Assembly (NCBI GenBank): GCA_965250285.1
Contig: OZ252299.1
Span: 1,152,001 to 1,216,000, forward strand
Origin: Myxococcota bacterium
GTDB taxonomy: Bacteria > Myxococcota_A > UBA9160 > UBA4427
Length of the DNA: 64,000 nucleotides
Direction: 5' to 3'
Below are positions 61,069 to 64,000 of the stretch, in pieces; the stretch's first letter is position 1, and every line of letters starts with the position of its first letter. Both the position numbers and the translations under genes were made by a program. The notes beneath the pieces were generated by a model, which was given only the letters and a program-made list of their open reading frames with translations, ran no database searches and was not told where the DNA came from.

Positions 61069-61637
61069 GCGCGACGAAGATCGTATTGATGGGCGCCCCG
61101 GGCGCTGGCAAGGGGACGCAGGCGGCGCTGCTGATCGAGACGCTCGGCATCCCGCACATCTCGACCGGCGACATGCTTCGGGCTGCGGTGAAGGCCGAGA
61201 CCGAGGTCGGGCTGAAGGCGAAGGCGGTCATGGACTCTGGCCAGCTCGTCAGCGACGAGATCGTCATCGCGATCGCCGAGGAGCGACTGGCGCAGGCGGA
61301 TTGCAAGAAGGGCTTCATCCTCGACGGCTTCCCGCGCACCCTGGCGCAGGCCGAGGCGCTGACCGAGGTGCTCGAGCGTATCGGCTCGAGCCTCGACTGC
61401 TGCCTCGCGATCACGGTCGACAACGATGAGGTCGTGAAGCGCCTGCTGAAGCGCGCCGAGATCGAAGGGCGCGCGGACGACAACGAGGAGACGATTCGCG
61501 AGCGGATGAGCGTCTACGACGAACAGACGGCGCCGCTGCTCGACTACTACCGGGGTCGTGGCCTGCTGAAGGAGGTCGACGGCATGGGAAGCGTCGAACA
61601 GGTGTCGGAGGCCCTTGCGGGAGCGCTCGGCGCGTGA
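61065..61637 (+). CDS. adk: Adenylate kinase (short-LID type)
   Basis: GAPGAGKGTQ, STGDMLR, LDGFPRT and GRADD motifs. Confidence 0.97.
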
Positions 61638-62422
61638 GCTTCGCAGAGCGCATCCAGGTCAAGACCCGGCGCGAGGTCGAGAAGATGCGGGAGGTCGGCC
61701 GCCAAACGGCGGAGATTCTCCTGACCTTGAGAGAAGAGGCAAAGGAAGGAGTGACGACGGGCGAGCTCAACGAGCACGCCGCGCGGGAGCTGAAGAAGAG
61801 AGGCCTGAACTCACCGTTCCTGGACTACGCGCCGGGCGGTGTGCCGCCGTACCCGGCGGTGCTGTGTACGTCGGTCAACGACGAGATCGTCCACGGCATT
61901 CCTGGCTCGAGGGTGTTGAAGAACGGCGACATCCTCAGCCTCGACTTCGGTGTGGAGAGTGAGGGCTGGCACGGTGACTCGGCCCTCACGATCGCCATCG
62001 GCGACATCCCCGGCGAGGTGCAGCACCTGCTCGAAGCGACGCATCGATCACTCTACGACGGCGTTGAGAAGATGGTGGCCGGGAAGAGGCTCTCGGACAT
62101 TGGCAACGCGGTACAGAAGACGGCAGAAGGAGCCGGCTACTCGGTGGTGAGACAGTTCGTGGGGCACGGGATCGGTCGGCAGATGCACGAGCCGCCGCAG
62201 ATCCCGAACTACGGACGCCCTGGACGGGGGCCGCGGCTGCTGCCGGGCATGGTCTTCGCGATCGAGCCCATGGTGAACGTGGGCACCGAGCGAGTCCGAA
62301 TGCTGGACGACGAATGGACGGCGGTCACCGCCGACGGAGAGCTGAGCGCGCACTTCGAGCACACGGTGCTCATCACAGACCACGGTCCCGAGGTGCTCAC
62401 CCGGGTCGAGGGGTCGCACTGA
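61634..62422 (+). CDS. map: Type I methionine aminopeptidase
   Basis: [24 protein letters not shown] and SAHFEHT motifs. Confidence 0.97.
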   Translation: MSFAERIQVKTRREVEKMREVGRQTAEILLTLREEAKEGVTTGELNEHAARELKKRGLNSPFLDYAPGGVPPYPAVLCTSVNDEIVHGIPGSRVLKNGDILSLDFGVESEGWHGDSALTIAIGDIPGEVQHLLEATHRSLYDGVEKMVAGKRLSDIGNAVQKTAEGAGYSVVRQFVGHGIGRQMHEPPQIPNYGRPGRGPRLLPGMVFAIEPMVNVGTERVRMLDDEWTAVTADGELSAHFEHTVLITDHGPEVLTRVEGSH

Positions 62423-62481
62423 GAGCCCGAGCGAGGGGTGCGAGAGCGAGATCGCCGCGCAGAGCGCGGGAGGAGAGAGAG

Positions 62482-62595
62482 ATGAAGGTCCGAGCTTCGG
62501 TCCGAAAGATGTGTGACAAGTGCCGGATCATCCGGCGTCGCGGCGTCGTTCGGGTGATCTGCGAAAACCCCAAGCACAAGCAGCGCCAGGGCTGA
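62482..62595 (+). CDS. rpmJ: 50S ribosomal protein L36 (Zn-ribbon, C+ type)
   Basis: [14 protein letters not shown]...[12 protein letters not shown]. Confidence 0.97.
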   Translation: MKVRASVRKMCDKCRIIRRRGVVRVICENPKHKQRQG

Positions 62596-62661
62596 GGCGC
62601 GAGACGATTTCGTACGCGTCGAATCGGCTGAACCTGCCGGCGCGTACACGGAGGTAATCCA

Positions 62662-63042
62662 ATGGCCCGTATCGCGGGTGTCGATCTTCCGCGCAACAAG
62701 CGCATCGAGGTCTCGCTCACGTATATCTTCGGCGTGGGCAAGACTTCGGCCGGCAAGATCTGTGACAAGGCGGAGATCGAGCGGTCGACGAAGACCGATC
62801 ACCTGAGTGAGTCCGAGGTGATCCGGCTGCGCGAGATCATCGAGCGCGAGTACAAGGTCGAGGGTGACCTGCGCCGTGAGGTCAGCCAGAACATCAAGAT
62901 GCTGATGGACATCGGCTGCTATCGCGGGCTGCGGCATCGCCGAGGCCTGCCCGTGCGTGGCCAGCGCACGCACACCAATGCTCGGACGCGCAAGGGTCCG
63001 AAGAAGACCGTCGCGGGCAAGAAGCTCGCGCCCCGGAAGTAG
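62662..63042 (+). CDS. rpsM: 30S ribosomal protein S13
   Basis: MARIAGV and GLPVRGQRT motifs. Confidence 0.98.
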   Translation: MARIAGVDLPRNKRIEVSLTYIFGVGKTSAGKICDKAEIERSTKTDHLSESEVIRLREIIEREYKVEGDLRREVSQNIKMLMDIGCYRGLRHRRGLPVRGQRTHTNARTRKGPKKTVAGKKLAPRK

Positions 63043-63051
63043 AGGCGATTC

Positions 63052-63444
63052 ATGGTCGCGAAGAAGACCGTCAAGGGTAAGAAGAGGGTCAAGAAGAACG
63101 TCCCCAGTGGGGTCGCTCATATTCAGTCGACCTTCAACAACACGATCATCACGATCACCGACCCGGCCGGCAATGCCCTGTCGTGGGCGAGCGCTGGCCA
63201 GCAGGGCTTCAAGGGCAGTCGTAAGTCGACGCCCTTCGCCGCCCAGATGGCTGCCGAAGAAGCCGCTCGCAAGGCGATGGAGCACGGTGTTCGCAGCATC
63301 GGTGTGGTGGTCAAGGGCCCGGGTGCGGGCCGCGAGTCGGCGCTGCGTTCACTGCAGGCTGCCGGTCTGAAGATCACGATGATTCGGGATGTCACTCCCA
63401 TCCCGCACAACGGCTGCCGGCCGCCCAAGCGGCGCCGGGTCTGA
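63052..63444 (+). CDS. rpsK: 30S ribosomal protein S11
   Basis: STFNNTI and [13 protein letters not shown] motifs. Confidence 0.98.
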   Translation: MVAKKTVKGKKRVKKNVPSGVAHIQSTFNNTIITITDPAGNALSWASAGQQGFKGSRKSTPFAAQMAAEEAARKAMEHGVRSIGVVVKGPGAGRESALRSLQAAGLKITMIRDVTPIPHNGCRPPKRRRV

Positions 63445-63457
63445 GTCGGAGCGAGAC

Positions 63458-64000
63458 ATGGCACGATATCGAGGTTCTGTCTGCCGGTTGTGCCGGCGCG
63501 AAGGCACCAAGCTCTTTCTGAAGGGCGATCGCTGCTTCAGCGAGAAGTGCGCCATCGAGCGCCGCGCGTATCCGCCGGGCATGCATGGGCAGGGTCGCGC
63601 GCGGTTCAGCGACTACGGCTTGCAGCTGCGCGAGAAGCAGAAGGTGAAGCGCATGTACGGTCTGCTCGAGAAGCAGTTCCGCGCCACTTTCGACAAGGCG
63701 TCGGCGATGAAGGGTCGAGCGGGTGAGAACCTGCTGATCCTGCTCGAGCGTCGGCTCGACAACGTCGTGTTCCGTCTCGGCTACGCGACGTCGCGGGCCG
63801 AAGCGCGCCAGCTGGTGAAGCACGGTCACTTCCTGCTCGACGGGCAGAAGGTGAAGACGCCGTCGATCATGGTGAAGCCGGGCCAGAAGGTCACTCTGCG
63901 TGAACGCTCGCAGAAGGTCGAGCGAATCACCGCGGCCCTTGACGCGCTCGAGGGCAAGAGCGTGCCGCAGTGGCTCGAGATCGACCGGGAGCAGCTGGCT
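63458..64000 (+). CDS. rpsD: 30S ribosomal protein S4 (Zn-binding type), truncated at the window edge
   Basis: Manual translation: [31 protein letters not shown]...LREKQK...[13 protein letters not shown]. Confidence 0.97.
   Translation, partial: MARYRGSVCRLCRREGTKLFLKGDRCFSEKCAIERRAYPPGMHGQGRARFSDYGLQLREKQKVKRMYGLLEKQFRATFDKASAMKGRAGENLLILLERRLDNVVFRLGYATSRAEARQLVKHGHFLLDGQKVKTPSIMVKPGQKVTLRERSQKVERITAALDALEGKSVPQWLEIDREQLA

Overview
High-GC bacterial chromosomal DNA. The gene set (Pcs, PilZ-like and DUF4388 proteins, internal [2Fe-2S]-type ferrochelatase, tuf-tRNA-Trp-secE order) suggests a Myxococcota/deltaproteobacterium-like organism; this is inference only. The left half (1-32 kb) is mixed housekeeping and accessory DNA: clpS-clpA, Nudix, SDR, MATE, PhyH dioxygenase, ispH, an acyl-CoA dehydrogenase pair, hemE, a hemH-TRAP operon, pcs, a 2-oxoacid dehydrogenase E2 with lipB, tRNA-Cys, a glycosyltransferase-like gene bracketed by a ~195-bp non-coding repeat, S41 and M20 peptidases, metF, a GT2, tRNA-Leu(UAA) and rlmB. 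The right half (32-64 kb) is the translation/transcription supercluster: tRNA operon, tuf, secE-nusG-rplKAJL-rpoBC, str, S10, spc and the start of the alpha operon. Most unusual points: (1) rplC (L3), rplX (L24), rpsN (S14), rpmG (L33) and infA are cleanly absent from their usual positions; (2) the str-operon EF-G has degenerate domain IV translocation loops; (3) rplO and secY are linked by two tandem 11-codon mini-ORFs joined by TAGTG stop/start overlaps; (4) there is a dispersed ~195-bp repeat, and gene 3' ends are tandemly duplicated at two loci. No CRISPR array, integrase or transposase was seen.
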